Below, in pieces: positions 1 through 13,800 of a DNA stretch of 64,000 nucleotides. The translations under genes and the position numbers were made by a program. Positions within the stretch are counted from its first letter, which is position 1. Each line of letters starts with the position of its first letter. A model generated the notes under the pieces. The model was given only the letters and a program-made list of their open reading frames with translations, ran no database searches and was not told where the DNA came from. Source of the DNA: Thalia democratica (lineage: Eukaryota). The DNA lies in the NCBI GenBank assembly GCA_965202585.1, contig OZ241826.1, forward strand, positions 44,702,001 through 44,766,000, given 5' to 3'.

Positions 1-1853
1 GTTGTACAAAGCAACAAGGTACCATTTTCCATCAAAACGCTTACAAAACAGAGATGTACCGGGATCTTGCTGTAGAAAATATAAATTAACAAACACTATT
101 AATTCTTTATTTAACAGCTTTATAACTTACAGCGAAAGAAGTGTCCTTTAGACTTTGATACCCACTCGTTAAAAAGTATTTTTTCACATCAGTACCTATT
201 TTTTATACTTAGTTTTACAAGTTTATACTAATGCTTTATATTTTCAACTAGTTTAATAAACACTAAATTGGACTTTTAAATTCTTTCTTTCATCAAAAAA
301 TTATTCTTATCTAGACAAAAGCTTCTTTTTTTACTTTATTATATAGATATTTATGGTTTGAAAAACATATAAACTTTTTTTTTAAATACATACCTAATTT
401 TTTAGTAATCTAATCCTATATTTAAACTGGTAAAACAATTATAGAAAAAATTTGAGTTCAATTTTCGTTAGTATTTTTTCAAAACAAATAAATCACACAA
501 AATTATAAAAATCAATAGTTTAAAATGCTGTTAGATAAAAAAAGTTTAACCTGAAGTATTATTCCATCTGTCTAAATCTTGAGTACATAGCCTTTCTTTC
601 ATTGCGTCTTGTACTTGAAGAGAGCACCAATGCTTCACCCAAGTGCTAAACGAAGACTTGACATTTATGTACTGCTCGTGTAGCTTCCAATTACTGATTT
701 CTCCTTCATCAAATCTTAAAAAGTTTGTTGTTCAAAAACAAACTAGATTAACTGTATTAGTTAAATGTACGTTTGTTAGTTTCAAATTATATTTTTTACT
801 TAAAGACTTAAAATAATATAGCTAAAACTCAATTCTTATACAAAAAAATCAGTGTTTTACTAAAATCATACTTACACTTGATGATGTCCGACGACTACAC
901 AGTTCGAACCGTCGCTTTCTCCAAAAAAGAACAAATCTGAATTTTCTTCAAACTTTCGATAGCTGTTCCTCACGCAGGCTACTTCTCTTTCCAGGTTTTC
1001 AAAGACGTTATTTTCAACGCTGTCGTACATCCAATAACCTTCTTCCTCGTAAAAATCCGAAAACTCGTCTTCGGTTACTTCAATCTCTTCAGAAGGCGCC
1101 AAAGCAGATTCGGTCGAGCGCATTTTCAGCTTGAGCAGCGCGACGTCGTGGGTCCATCGGTAAAAATGGTCGTCGTCTTTCAGGCCCCGGTCTTTCTTCT
1201 CGTGGTTGGGGTGCACCACCACGTTTTCCACGTCTATTTTCTCGTCCTCTTCGGTCTTCCCGGAGGCGAATGTGATGTAGTAGACAGGAGGTTCCTCTTC
1301 TTTTTTGTCGATTTTAACTTTTTCTCCTCCGACATTGTTTGAATCAGGAATTTCTACTCGTTGGCTGCCGATTGATTCTTCGTTTTTCTGAATTTGATTC
1401 AGTCTGCTGGATAAGTAGTCTGAAAGTTTTAAGTAATCTTTTTGAGTAAAAATCATTATTTGCATTAAAGCCTAAAAATACTTTAGTATTATAGTTTAAT
1501 TAAGTCCTTGTTGTATTAGAAATAATAAAACATTAAATAGAATAGTAGATACAGAATTGATCAGTGATATACATCTTAACAGAAAATAACTGAACTTAAG
1601 TTAATTTATTTTTAACAAGTATTTCATTATCGTGCTTAATAGTAAACTCACCATGTAAAGGGTACAAAGTATTCTCATTTTTTATTTGATTATGCTGCAT
1701 CAAGAATTCTGATTGGGCGAGGCAGTGAGCCGGGCAAATCACCCAATTAACATCGAGCAAAACCACAGTGCACAGAAACAAGGAAGAAAAACTTTCGTTT
1801 CCTTTCAAGAACAATTTACCGATCCAAGGCCAATTGGTTGGTGAAGTATGGTG
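1..1853 (-). other. Protease domain 2: catalytically dead serine protease homologue
   Basis: NWPWIG, LFLCTVVLLDVNWVICPAHC (His), HDVALLKL (Asp), but GDSGGPL reads QDPGTSL followed by FCKRFDGKWYLVAL. No R|IVGG activation site. Confidence 0.85.
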
Positions 1854-4800
1854 CTTAATAAAAAAAGATTAGACATGTTTTTTTTCCTTATTTATAAATT
1901 AACTAATACTTTATTAGTACTTCTAAAGAACAGTCTAACCCTGATTAGTTCAACTGCTTAAAATTTATTTTGACATTAAACTAAACAAAAATAATTCAAG
2001 CTAATACATTTGTAAAACTTTTCAAAAAAAAAAAAACTAAAGAACATTGTGAGTAAACTACATCAGGAGTAAAAAATGTTTTTGGTTTAAATACTTTTTA
2101 ATTAACTTTTGTCAAAAAATTACCGGAGCTACGTTAAGTTCTTCGTTTATGCTATCTAGTTCACTTCTACCACCACATTTTTCATTGAGGGTTTCAAACA
2201 AGCTTTCTTCTCTGTTTTTAAAAGTTGAACACTGACTTTCGTCAGCACCTCCAAAACAATCCACTTTACCATCGCATATTATGTCATCAAAACTTTTCAC
2301 GTGAGGTTTTACATTGCAAACTATGTGATGGCTCGTACATATAAAGTCTTTTACGTCTACGTTTTCCGTTGAAACTTCTGAAACGTTATTTAATACTATT
2401 AAATGAGTTTTAAGACTAAAAAGTTTTAACTTATAAGAATAAGTTATACTCATAATTGTGCTTTTCTTAAGAAAGTTGTTCATACAAAATTGTTTATAAT
2501 GCTTATAAAACACTTATTTCATTCGTTCTAGTACTTAAAAATGTGTAACCTTGATTACACAAATGCTGTTTTACTGAAATTCTTTCACCACACTCTATTC
2601 TATTGGCACATGTGTTTATTACTTCTCCACAAACTTCACTTGGATAACAGACTGTAATTATTTCATGTAAAGTAACTTTTATAAGAACTTTTATAACTTC
2701 AAAGCAAATTAAGAAAACTAAAACATTAAAGTATAAATACTTAATTTAAACAAAGATTGAGAAAGTTGAAGCTTAACTTTTGTATCTTTTTTATTTGTAC
2801 AAAAGTTATCAAAAGTAATTTTTAATTAAAAAGATGTTAAGATCTGATATTTTTTTACTAAGAAACTTAATTACTTTTACTATAGTTGCCTAGTTAATGG
2901 CATTATCATTTTAAACGATAAAAAGTCAAAGTTTATAAAAATATACGAAGATAAGACTAACAACCGTTTTCAGAAAATTGACTTTCACAAAATATTTGAC
3001 TGCTGCGTACGGTGCACTCTTCAGAACATTTTCCTTGCGTGATTTTTATGTCATCAATTGCAATATCACTATGAAAATCGTAACCTCTAACTCCCTCAAA
3101 AATAACCTAAAGTTGTAAGTTTAGAAAAGATACAAGAAAATTGTGTTTAAGTATTGTTAGGCAAGATATAATTTGTACTTTAAAGTTTTTGTGAGGTTGA
3201 ATCTCAACAGATGCCAGTTTCCATTTTCCGTCCGCATGTAGGCGCTGTGGTCCATACTTACTCCAAACCAAGTAAAGCTGATTGCTAAAAATATTGTGGT
3301 TGTTTAGTTTATGTAGTATTTTTTTAATTGAAGATTAACGATTTCTACATCTTAACGTGGGTATCACCAAATTAAAAGTTATGTCTATGTTTTGTTATAA
3401 GCAAAAGTCGGCGTAAATAGCAGGATTTAGTATTTTATTCTAACATTTTTTTCACATTATTCTATCGTTTGTTCAAATTTAGCTCCTTGAAAACTTTTTT
3501 TGTTTATCTTTCTAAAAAACTAATTTAAATTGTATCTTAAAAATAAAACTTAAATAACGTTATCTTTTATTTTTTGTACTTATTCTTATTTGTTGAACTT
3601 TCCATTGTAACTTGTTAAGTACATAAAGTAATTTTTATTCGACAGTTAACTTTAAAACTTCATTTTAAAAAGGTTAATGTATATAAAATTGAACAAAAAA
3701 ACAAATAAAGTTCTAATTAGATTATCCGAAAAAAAGTCACGCAAAAGAATCCAATTTTTTAGAATATTTTTCTTTTTCTGTTTTTTTATATCACTTTATG
3801 TATAAAAAAGTAACTGTAAAAATTTTTAAGACAAAAAGTACTGGGAGTTTTATTTATTTTAATGAAGAAGTTTATACCAACGTTAACATTTTAAACTTTC
3901 TTAAACTTTTTTGTATTTTTCGTAATTTCAATATTATCTTAACATAAAGCATAAAAAAATTTCAAGTACAAAAGTTAACTTTATCGAAAAATTTAAACTT
4001 ATGAAAAATACTATAGGTTTTTTAACCATTCTATTAAGAAAAATTTATTAAACTAATAATAAACTTACGTTTCTAAACTCAAAACAGATCAAAGTTGCAC
4101 GTAAAACCTCATCAAAAGTATACTTTTACGATAGGTTAAAAACCTCAGTAGTATAGCAACTATAGTATCAGTTTTATGTATTTAAGCCGCTTAAGCTTAA
4201 AGATAAAATTATAAAACAGCTGTGGACAACAGTATGTTTGAAGAAGTATGATTGATGTTGAATAAGTTTCAAAATAAAAGCAGACTTTAAAAGAATTAAA
4301 TATGTATTCAATTCAAACCCTAGATAAACGATTTCACTGTGCATACTAGTAAGTTTTTCAATAAGATTACTTCTTTGCAGCTTAAATAAATAAAGTGTCT
4401 GAAATTAATTAAAAATATTTTTTGTTTCCTTGACCAATTAGTATTTATTTTTAAAGGTTTTATGAATTGTAAAACTATTGAAAATATACTATAGCAGGCA
4501 TATATGAAACATTTTACTTAAAGTTCAATAAAAAAAAAAGAGAAGTATTAACATAAGGAAAATCACTTTCAAGTATTTGTGTAATGCTAAACTTTTTTCT
4601 TATTAAAATGCTAATTTAATTATTTAACATCAGTGCACTGCTACACAAGCTTAATTTATTGAACAAAATAAATATCGACGCTCATAAACCTATTTTGAGA
4701 TAAAGAAAATTGGCATTAAAAAACTAATCTTCAAAAAATAAAAACATGCAAAAAATGATAAAAAATAGTAACAATTGTTTTTATAAATCAAATAATGTTT

Positions 4801-7800
4801 GGCTAGCCTACATTTTACATATAATAAGTTGAAAAAAGAATACCTCCATAAGTAACGACATAGTAAACTTGTCGTTATTCTCATGAATCAATGTCAACAT
4901 TTTATAGATAGTTTTCTATATTATCCTACTAAGTAGTTTTTGTCCATAAACAGAAAAAAAATTTGTGAAAAGGACACTGTATCAGATTATAATAAAGATT
5001 GTTCATACTACATGCGATGAGTAGGAAAGCTTAACTATTTTTTGCTTTAGTACGATTGACAGTAAAAATATCTTTGCTAAACTTGGTAGTCTACAAGTTT
5101 TAAAAAGTATTTGTGGCTTATTACTGATGTGTATAAATTTAGTTGTTAAGTATTAGATTTGCTGCACAGTTGGAATTTTTATATTACATTTTTATTTATA
5201 TTTAGTTATTTATTTTATAATACACTTTAAATATAGTGTATTGACTAGAGCCTTGTAGACGTGCTGTTAAAGAACTGGTGTATTCCATGAATTTTTTTTT
5301 AGTTTTTTCGAGTTAAAAAGCTGTGTATATTTGTTTATTAATTTTTTTTAAATATAAAGTTTCAAACTTTTACTTATGACAGTATTCGTACTTTTTATTA
5401 GATATTTTTTTATTAATTTCGTGTTAACTTAATTTTTTTATATCTAGTTTAAATCAATTTTAAGCCTTTATTGTTTAAATTTTGTTTTAAACACAGAATT
5501 TACTATTTAAAACCATATAGTTTTTTTTTTTGCTTCAAAATACTATTATAACCGTCATATTTCTAAAATTCCCATCTACAATTAGATTAAGCTTAATAAA
5601 CAAATCAATCAAAGTGGCCACAGAAATACATACAAATTATAAAAATACAGCTGAAGTTTAAAAAATTACAACATGTGTATTTGATGAATTAAAAAAAGTT
5701 TAAGTTGCTGAAACTTTTAACTTGTTTTTACATCTAAATCAAACTTTTCAAGATGGATAAGCTGTGCATGTCGCATTTTAATAGAAAATTTTAAAGTCAA
5801 TTAATTTAACTTTGCGAAATAGGGTTTAGTAACAAAAAAACTTTTTTGTACCTTAATGTTAAAAGATTTTCTATATCATGTAAAGGTTGTCGATAGAACG
5901 TTATTCACTTGACGTCTACACTTTAGTAGTAGTTGTAAATTGGCAGTTAAGTTTCATTAAAAAAATACCTTTAAAAATGTTAAACAAAAACTCTAACTTT
6001 AAAATTATTAGGATAAAAAAAATTTAAAGCAAAGCTTGTATTTAATACAAAGTTCTCACTTCAAATCTTCGTTTGGCAGCGAAACCCCGAGACCGTGTCT
6101 GTTAACGAAATCAGCACCTTCGTACCAACCTTCTTCCGCTGTGAAGTTGTCACGTGACACCATTTGAACGAGCACGTTGAGGTAGCCGATGCTCCTCCCG
6201 TACATGTCGTACGCGAACGTGAGGCAGACCTTCTCACCGCTGTTGTGAGGTAACAGAGGGGTCGCGACGCGCGCGCTGTCCCCACTGTTCCAAGGGTAAG
6301 ACGTTTCCAAGTACAAGTAAGAACCTGCAGGTGTTTTATGTCCTATATATTAGTATTTCATATAAATAAAGCTTAGAGCTCAACACAAACAGCTTTTTGT
6401 TTTTGACTTGAACTACAAATAAGAACCGTTAGATCTCTTTTTTTTTCAAACGTAGTGAGTCAAAAAACCTTTGTTAAACATAAAGTCTAGTATTAATTTT
6501 TTAGACAAGTAATTTTTTTTTAGTAAAAAACAATTATACTGACGTATTGACTCAATAAAACTTAATACCTCTTTTTAAACTTGTCGTATAAGTCTTTAGA
6601 AAAGTCTACAGTTCTAAAACTAATTAACACCTCAAATGTTTGCAGCACTTGTAGACTAAATTATAAAAACTTTCTTTAGACCTGTTTTGTATCAAAAACT
6701 TCCATATAACCTTTTTCTTGTCCAGACGCGTCTCTCCTCGGTCCAGTGTTTTGAGTGAACGTGGGACCTTGATGAAGCCACCAAGTGTAGCCTCTTGTAG
6801 AATATTTGTCATTGTTTTCCTTCATGTCGCAAATTCCGTTGGAAAAGTCGCATTCAAACATTGACACTTGTTTCTCTTGGCGCTTAATACCTCTTACAGT
6901 TGCCAAAAACCCTAACAATTTCTTTATGTGAACAAAAAACTTTGATAACACAACATAAATACGAACCTTTTTTAGTAATGAGCTCGTCTGAAAAAAACTT
7001 TACGACAAGAATATTTTCTTCTGAAATGTAAACTGAGTCCATGACGTTAAGGTTGTCGCAGAACTTTCCATGTAGAATGGCAAAGTCGTCGTTGGACTTG
7101 TGACTGTACACTTGAATGTAGTCGTACTCGCAAGAAAGGTGTCGCTCAAGCTGCAGCACTTTAAACTCGAGATGAACCTGAAGTTTAACCCGAGGGTCAC
7201 GAAAAAAAAAGCTAATTTGTATTGTACAAATGGTTACTGTTTATTGAACGACAAAATAATTAGCTCTAAGTATTTGGTCCTAGGTCCTGGTAAATTAAAA
7301 GACCTTTCGGTCATGTAGTCGCGCACAACGATACCTTTTGACGTCTTGTCCAGGACCTTTATATTTGATACAAAACTAGATACACATACAAGTAAAATAG
7401 TAGTTCTTGAAATAATCACAAAGTGTTACTAATTAATAATACTATCTAATTATGATTGTGTTTCTAATGACTAACTTTGAAACCTTCAGGAGCAACTATT
7501 CTCCATGTGCATTTGGTTGCTAATGGATAGTTTTCAGGATAGCGTGGTGACTTAATGAAAACCTGGTTTTTAGAGTCGTGTACTTCAAAAGTGTCTTTGC
7601 ACGACGCCTCTATTGTTACGTCATTGACATCAGCGTCTTTATAGTCTTCGTAGTCATTAGAGCTTTTCAATTTTTCTATAAATGTAAAAAACGTATCTAA
7701 TTTAAAAAACAAAAAGTATAGTGTAGTGTAAGCATTTAAAAAGGACAATATTTATTACTATAAAGTAATTTTAGTGTTAAATATTTTTCTATACATACTT

Positions 7801-10800
7801 ATTTTGTGTAAATCGTTTGAGTTATGTTTCTTTTACATATAAAATACAAAACACTGCAACAATTAAACTGAAAAATGAAATAAAACATTAACATTATCTT
7901 TTTTTTAAATGACTGTAGATGAAAAATTCTAGAGTAAAAAAATATTATTAAAACAATCTACTACTATTTACTAGTTTAATTTCACAAACTTTGTGCAACA
8001 TTGTGTTTATTTCCCGCCATTTGTTCCGCTTTGTTTTCATTAGAAGTAAACCAATTAGGATAAAGAGATTGCAAGTTTGATACTGCATAGATAACTTGTC
8101 CGCTTGATGGCGTTGTTTCAGGCAAAACAACTTATAAAAGTTTAAAAGTTGGTATGGAGATCTTCGATTAGTTTTAAATAGAGTAACCTGATTACGAACT
8201 TAGACTACAATACAAAAATGAGAACTCGACAAACGCGAACTGTCAAGTAGGAAAGTTTTTATTTATAATACATTAAACCTTAACTTCCGCAAACAATTAT
8301 GTTTTTTAAACTCGTCAATCTTATTTAATTTTTATTAAAATTCATGTTATTCGGAAAGTTTCAACCCGTTTTGTTAACAACAAAAAGAACATGCTTGCCC
8401 CAAACGAGCTACTATAAGAAAAAAATTCAACACTATTTAGTTATGGTATTAAGTATTAAGTTTTAAAATAAACAATAAAAGTTCTCCGTTTTCGCAGATA
8501 AAGAGGGAGACAAATTATTAAGATTTCATTAATAATTCTAAATATAAAACGTTGATTTTGCCCCAACGGACTCTCCAGTTGTAATTTAAAGTTTATTAAT
8601 TAAATTAAGTGCTTAGTTCTAAATAAATTTGAATCGCGATGTTCTCTCATTTTTGTAAACAAATAAAAGTTAATATGATTTTTAGCATATTTATTTTTAA
8701 TTATGGTTTAGCTTGAAGGGACTCAATGATAAAAGAATCATATACATTTATAGGGCATTCAATATGGACATATTCATAACCAGTCACGAAGTGTTAAATA
8801 TATTTGAAGAACATACTATGTCTATTCATATTTTTACCTAATCTTGTTACATTTTGTTTATTCTACATTTAGAACCGTTCAACTCGGTTAAAGTATACAA
8901 ATTTTTTTTATTCATGTCAAGTTAGAAATTTTTAAAATGTTCAGATTAGAAGATAAAGCGCATTTTTATCACTAAGTTTTTGACTCAGAAGTGTAAATTC
9001 AACCGGCAACAAAGCTTAAGTTGTTAGCGATGAAATATAAAGCAATAATTTTGCAAAAATTAGAATATACCTTTTTAAATGAACAAAAGTACTTTAGAAT
9101 AAAACTTCGCTTACTTGGCATTATTTCTTGTTTTTTATAAGGCTTGTAATCTGAAGTTTTCTCGTCAAATTGCTCAATGAAACCTAAATCCTCTAATCCT
9201 GATGCTTCATCTTCAATTAAAGGTTTAGACATGTCAAATACCGAATCTAAAACAGTTTTTTAGTACTGATATTATTAAAAACATCACAGTTAAACATAAA
9301 TAAAAATGTTTGTACAAATAATACCCTCAGTTTTTAATACAATATAATTTTATTTGACTTATGCCTCAAACAACTCGTTTTAATTTTTGACTATAAACTT
9401 TTAACATCCAATAAAGAGTATTTAAGACTTATTTGTTACTCATAATCAACAAACCGTATACAGGTTGTATTTTGATGTCAAATTCGTCAGCTCCATTGTT
9501 GTTAATTACAAACCAGTATGTGAGTTGTATGTCGAACGGCGTGAGTGCCGTATCGTTGCAGTATATCCATACGTCGTTGGGTTTTTCCTCTTTACCATAA
9601 AAATTTGGTTTTTTAAATCTAATTGAACTCGTATAAAAATAAATTAAGGTTAGTCTTTAAGTTTAAGCTTCGTATATAAATATATATGTACTACTCTATA
9701 TACATTGCATATACTGTAGTATAGTAACTATACAAATGATATTTTTTTAAAACAAAAATATTGTACTTTTTCTGATTTCAACAATGAAAAATTACCTATT
9801 TTATAACAAAATTTTTTTTTCAGATTAAGATATTCCTAGACTACAAAAGAAGTTAAAAATAAATGGATTATCATGTTAAGAATATTAGATAAACTTTACC
9901 TAATTTTTGCCTCAAATTTATTTTGTAAAAATAAATGATCCTACGAAAAAACGCTTTACAAATACAAAAAAAAGTAAACATAGTACTATACCGTTGTCGC
10001 TAGTTCTAACTATTCTCCACTGGCCTGATGTTTCATGATAAAATAGTTTATGTTGAATATCAGTCTTGTTTGGTTTATTCTGTAGGCATACAAAATGTTG
10101 TGAAGTATATTATTATTTTGAACTTTTTCAGGTTTAACTAAAAAATAAAAATTACTTAAATCATTTAAATGTGAAAATACTTGGGTATAAGATGGTCGTT
10201 GCCCGAAGTTAGTTCCATCATAATCGTAAGTTCCGATAAATAGGTCTATTTTACTGTTAGTCGGGTAGTAAAACGAAATTAAATTTTCAGGTATGCTTTT
10301 TAGTCTGTGTTCCTCTAGCGTTATTGAATGGTCGGGACCTATCAATTACGTTTAAAGTATCAGCGTCAATTTATTTAAGTTAGTAGGTTTAGGAACTTTG
10401 AAAAACTGTGTATATTGATTGTATTTGAGAGTTGAAGAACATGGGGAAAACGTTTAACATGCTTTAAATTTTTTACGGTTTTTAAGATATTAAGAAAAAA
10501 TTATTAAGCTTTTTATATACTAAAAATTGTCATTAATAAAAAAAAAAATTGATAACTAATAATTTTTCTACTAAAGTTTAATAACTCTTATGTTTTAAAA
10601 TAAAATATTAACTAGACGAATTAAAACTCTTTCTTAATGTAAAAACGAAATATTAAAACATTAAACAGTAAAAAAAGGCGTCTTGTTAAGAAACCTTCGA
10701 AGTCGTAAGTTGCACCCGTAATACTAAAAGTAGCAAAAAATCCAGATGAAACGACACTCCAATTTGATTCAAAAATTATTACAGCCGAGCCAGTAATTCC

Positions 10801-13800
10801 TTTGATTATCTCTTGAAATATTAAATAATCAATTGTCATGTTTATTTAATTTATAAAATATTACTTCAAAACAGCTAAAATTAACACGAACAACTTTAAT
10901 AAACTGTATATAGTATTTAAAAACTGCCTTAACAAATGTTTTGATGCGTAACAGTTATGCGCTAAAAAATTAGACATTTAACAGCAACTTAAAAATTTTG
11001 TAAAAAGTATTAAACCGAACTTACTGTGGGAGTCTTCCCCAGTAAGTATTGCAAGAAGAGACTCATCGTTAACTCTTCCTTCGTAAACATGAACAAAATC
11101 TTCATCGTTTTCCAAAGAGTATGTTTCGAAATGCAGTTCTACGCTTTGACCAAGCAGACCCAGTATTCTATATTCACACCTTGAAAAAAAATAAAGAAAT
11201 AGTTAAAAAGTTTTAGAATAGTTTTTCATTAAGTTATTTTAAACCTGATGTCGTTATCATAAGGTTCTGGCCAACCAGGACTAGCAATATAGCCTTGGCT
11301 AACGTTGAAAAATGTTTTGCTACAGAATCCTTCTTTTTTCGGTAGAGATACAGGTACGTCTAGATTTAGTTTAACAAAAAAGCTTTAGATCATTTTAATA
11401 AAGCAAACAACATTGCTTTTAAAACAAGTATTTAAAAACTTTTCCTTAGTTTTTACTTGTACCACCTAACACGTTTTTAATTTATTAACAATAACAAAAC
11501 AATAATTTAAAAAATTAAATCAAGTCAATGTCAGGCATACTAAATGGTATTTAAAAGTTCAATAGAAACAAACCAATGTTTGTGTTTTGTGAAATCCAGC
11601 TCAGAAAGTAGCGAACGGAAGAGAACACATCCGGGCTGCTTTTCACCGCGCAACCGGTGCTCCAGCTGATGACTCCGGTCAGCTCGAACCTGCCGTCTTC
11701 AGTTCGGCAAATCAGTGGCCCTCCGCTGTCTCCCTGAGTTTTTAAATATGAAAAAGTATGTAGGCGTAATTAAAAAAGAGATTAATTTTTTTATGGCGTA
11801 AGCGGTGAAACAAAAAAAAATTAAAAATGTATGCTAAAACTAGTTGATCATTTAGACAATAGTTAGCAAAACTTTGAATTTTTCTCCCTAAGCAACGAGC
11901 ATGTAAACCCACGTGACAAATTCCAACTCCTCCAGTGTCCGGATAGCCAGCGCACAGCATTCTGGGAGTCACCATTCCGGCGTACCACTTTTCCTCACAT
12001 TCTCTGTAGTCGACGATTGGGACCGACGCCTCTTTGAGAACGTTGGACGGCTTACCGTTTTCCACAGTCCTTCCAAACCCCAGGATTGTGCACACTTGTC
12101 CTTTTTAAATAAGTGTATAAATAAAATCACAGCGCAAAAATATCAAGTATTGTCTAGCACAGTTTTTATTCTGATTTTCTTAGTACTGATTAGTATGTAC
12201 GAGAAATGCTTAAGGAAATAAATCTTCTATAATGTGCACAAAAAGTAAATTTTGAAGTAACAAACCTCTCAAAGGTTGGTTATCTACATCAGGAAGGCAA
12301 ATAGGGGAAATGTTGTTACTAAACTCAATGGTTTTCTTCAGTTCAACCAACGCAACATCCCAATCTGGTATGTGTTTCCAGCTCTTATACTCCCTGTTAA
12401 AAGTTAAAATTGAAATTTGATATATATGAAACTTTTAGGCTAAAAAGCATCTTTAAGAAATTAAATCATTTAAAATTTATATCATTTGAAATAAATATTC
12501 TTTACAAGTCAAAATTTACTTGTGTATTATAGTTCGCTTGATCTGATGTTTTTCTCTGTACATGTTCGCTTTCAAGCGAGTGTCGCCCATTATGACATAA
12601 AATAACGACGGATCCAACCCGTCAAAACAGTGGGCGACAGTTAGTACGAACTTGTTTGAAATCACAGTACCACCACATTGGTGCACGCCTTTCGCCTACA
12701 ATTTGTAGTGAGCTAATAACTAATTTATGACATAATACTGCGCATTCAAAAATTTATCCAAACTCACAAGTATTCAAGTTTTTTAATATATCAATTATTA
12801 AAAAAACGGTATATTATTTAAAATTATTTTTAATACTTTTAATTTTTTTTTTTTTTTTATAATAAACTTGTAATGAAGCCATCCAAGGCCAGTGTCTAGG
12901 TTTAGAGTCCTGTCCTCCAATAATTCGTAAAATAACGGAGTCTTCTTTTTCCACATCACTTGTTCTTGTTCCACATTGGTACGGCAAACATTTTGCCTCC
13001 CATACTTTATCTAAACAAATTAAAAGTTTTTTTTTGATTTTGTTTGCATTTATTAATATTTTTTGAAAAAAAAATTATTTCTTATTATAATCTTTGTAAT
13101 GTGATATATTAGTAAATGTTTGTAGTTTAACCAAAGTTTTAATTTTTTTATAACCTTTACCTTCTAAAGTTAGAACAAACGAGTCTTCATTGTTTAAAGA
13201 ATCTACAAGGCTTTGTGGAAACTCACTATTTTGACTACTTTCTGTTTATAAGTTTAAAAAATAAATGTAAACACAAGTTACAAGCTTTAATCAAGTATAG
13301 TACAAAAAGAAATTAGTAAATAGTAAGAAAAAAAAATTGTAGAGTTAAGAATAAATGCTTAACATCAAAGTATGAAATAAGAAAAAAGTATATTTATTGA
13401 CATATTTGGTTTGAATAAAAACAAACTTTTAATGTAATATACATTTTTTCATTATAAGTAACTTCAGCTAGTTAAGAAAATAAAAACTAATTTCAAACAA
13501 AAAAAATATACTTACTTTGCTTAAGAGTGTAAAACTGACGAAAGTAGTCTTTAAAAGACAAAGCAGGTAGTAGCTTTAATGGCAAAGTAGCTTTTTGAAA
13601 ACCTTGTTGTTGGCATGCAGAATTAGCAAAATCCTCACTTATGCTTTCCCCAACTACTATTCCAAAGTCCTTGTCGTGTAGTTTCAATTGGAACAACTGT
13701 AATTTCATTGGTAATTATTGATATTGAATATTTATTACAACTATTTAAGATATAAGTTTAATTAAAAGTATATAATTATATAGTTAATATATTAAGTATA

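Noticed and set aside
872-1465. 197-aa ORF as a standalone gene
   Set aside because: Its first Met lies in intron sequence. The phase-compatible acceptor is at 1419, making it an internal exon of the protease gene.
4690-5950. Extra exons or a transposase relic in the 2.8-kb intron
   Set aside because: Candidate frames are short, hit stops or lack motifs, and the MAM domain is completed by splicing 6060 to 3284.
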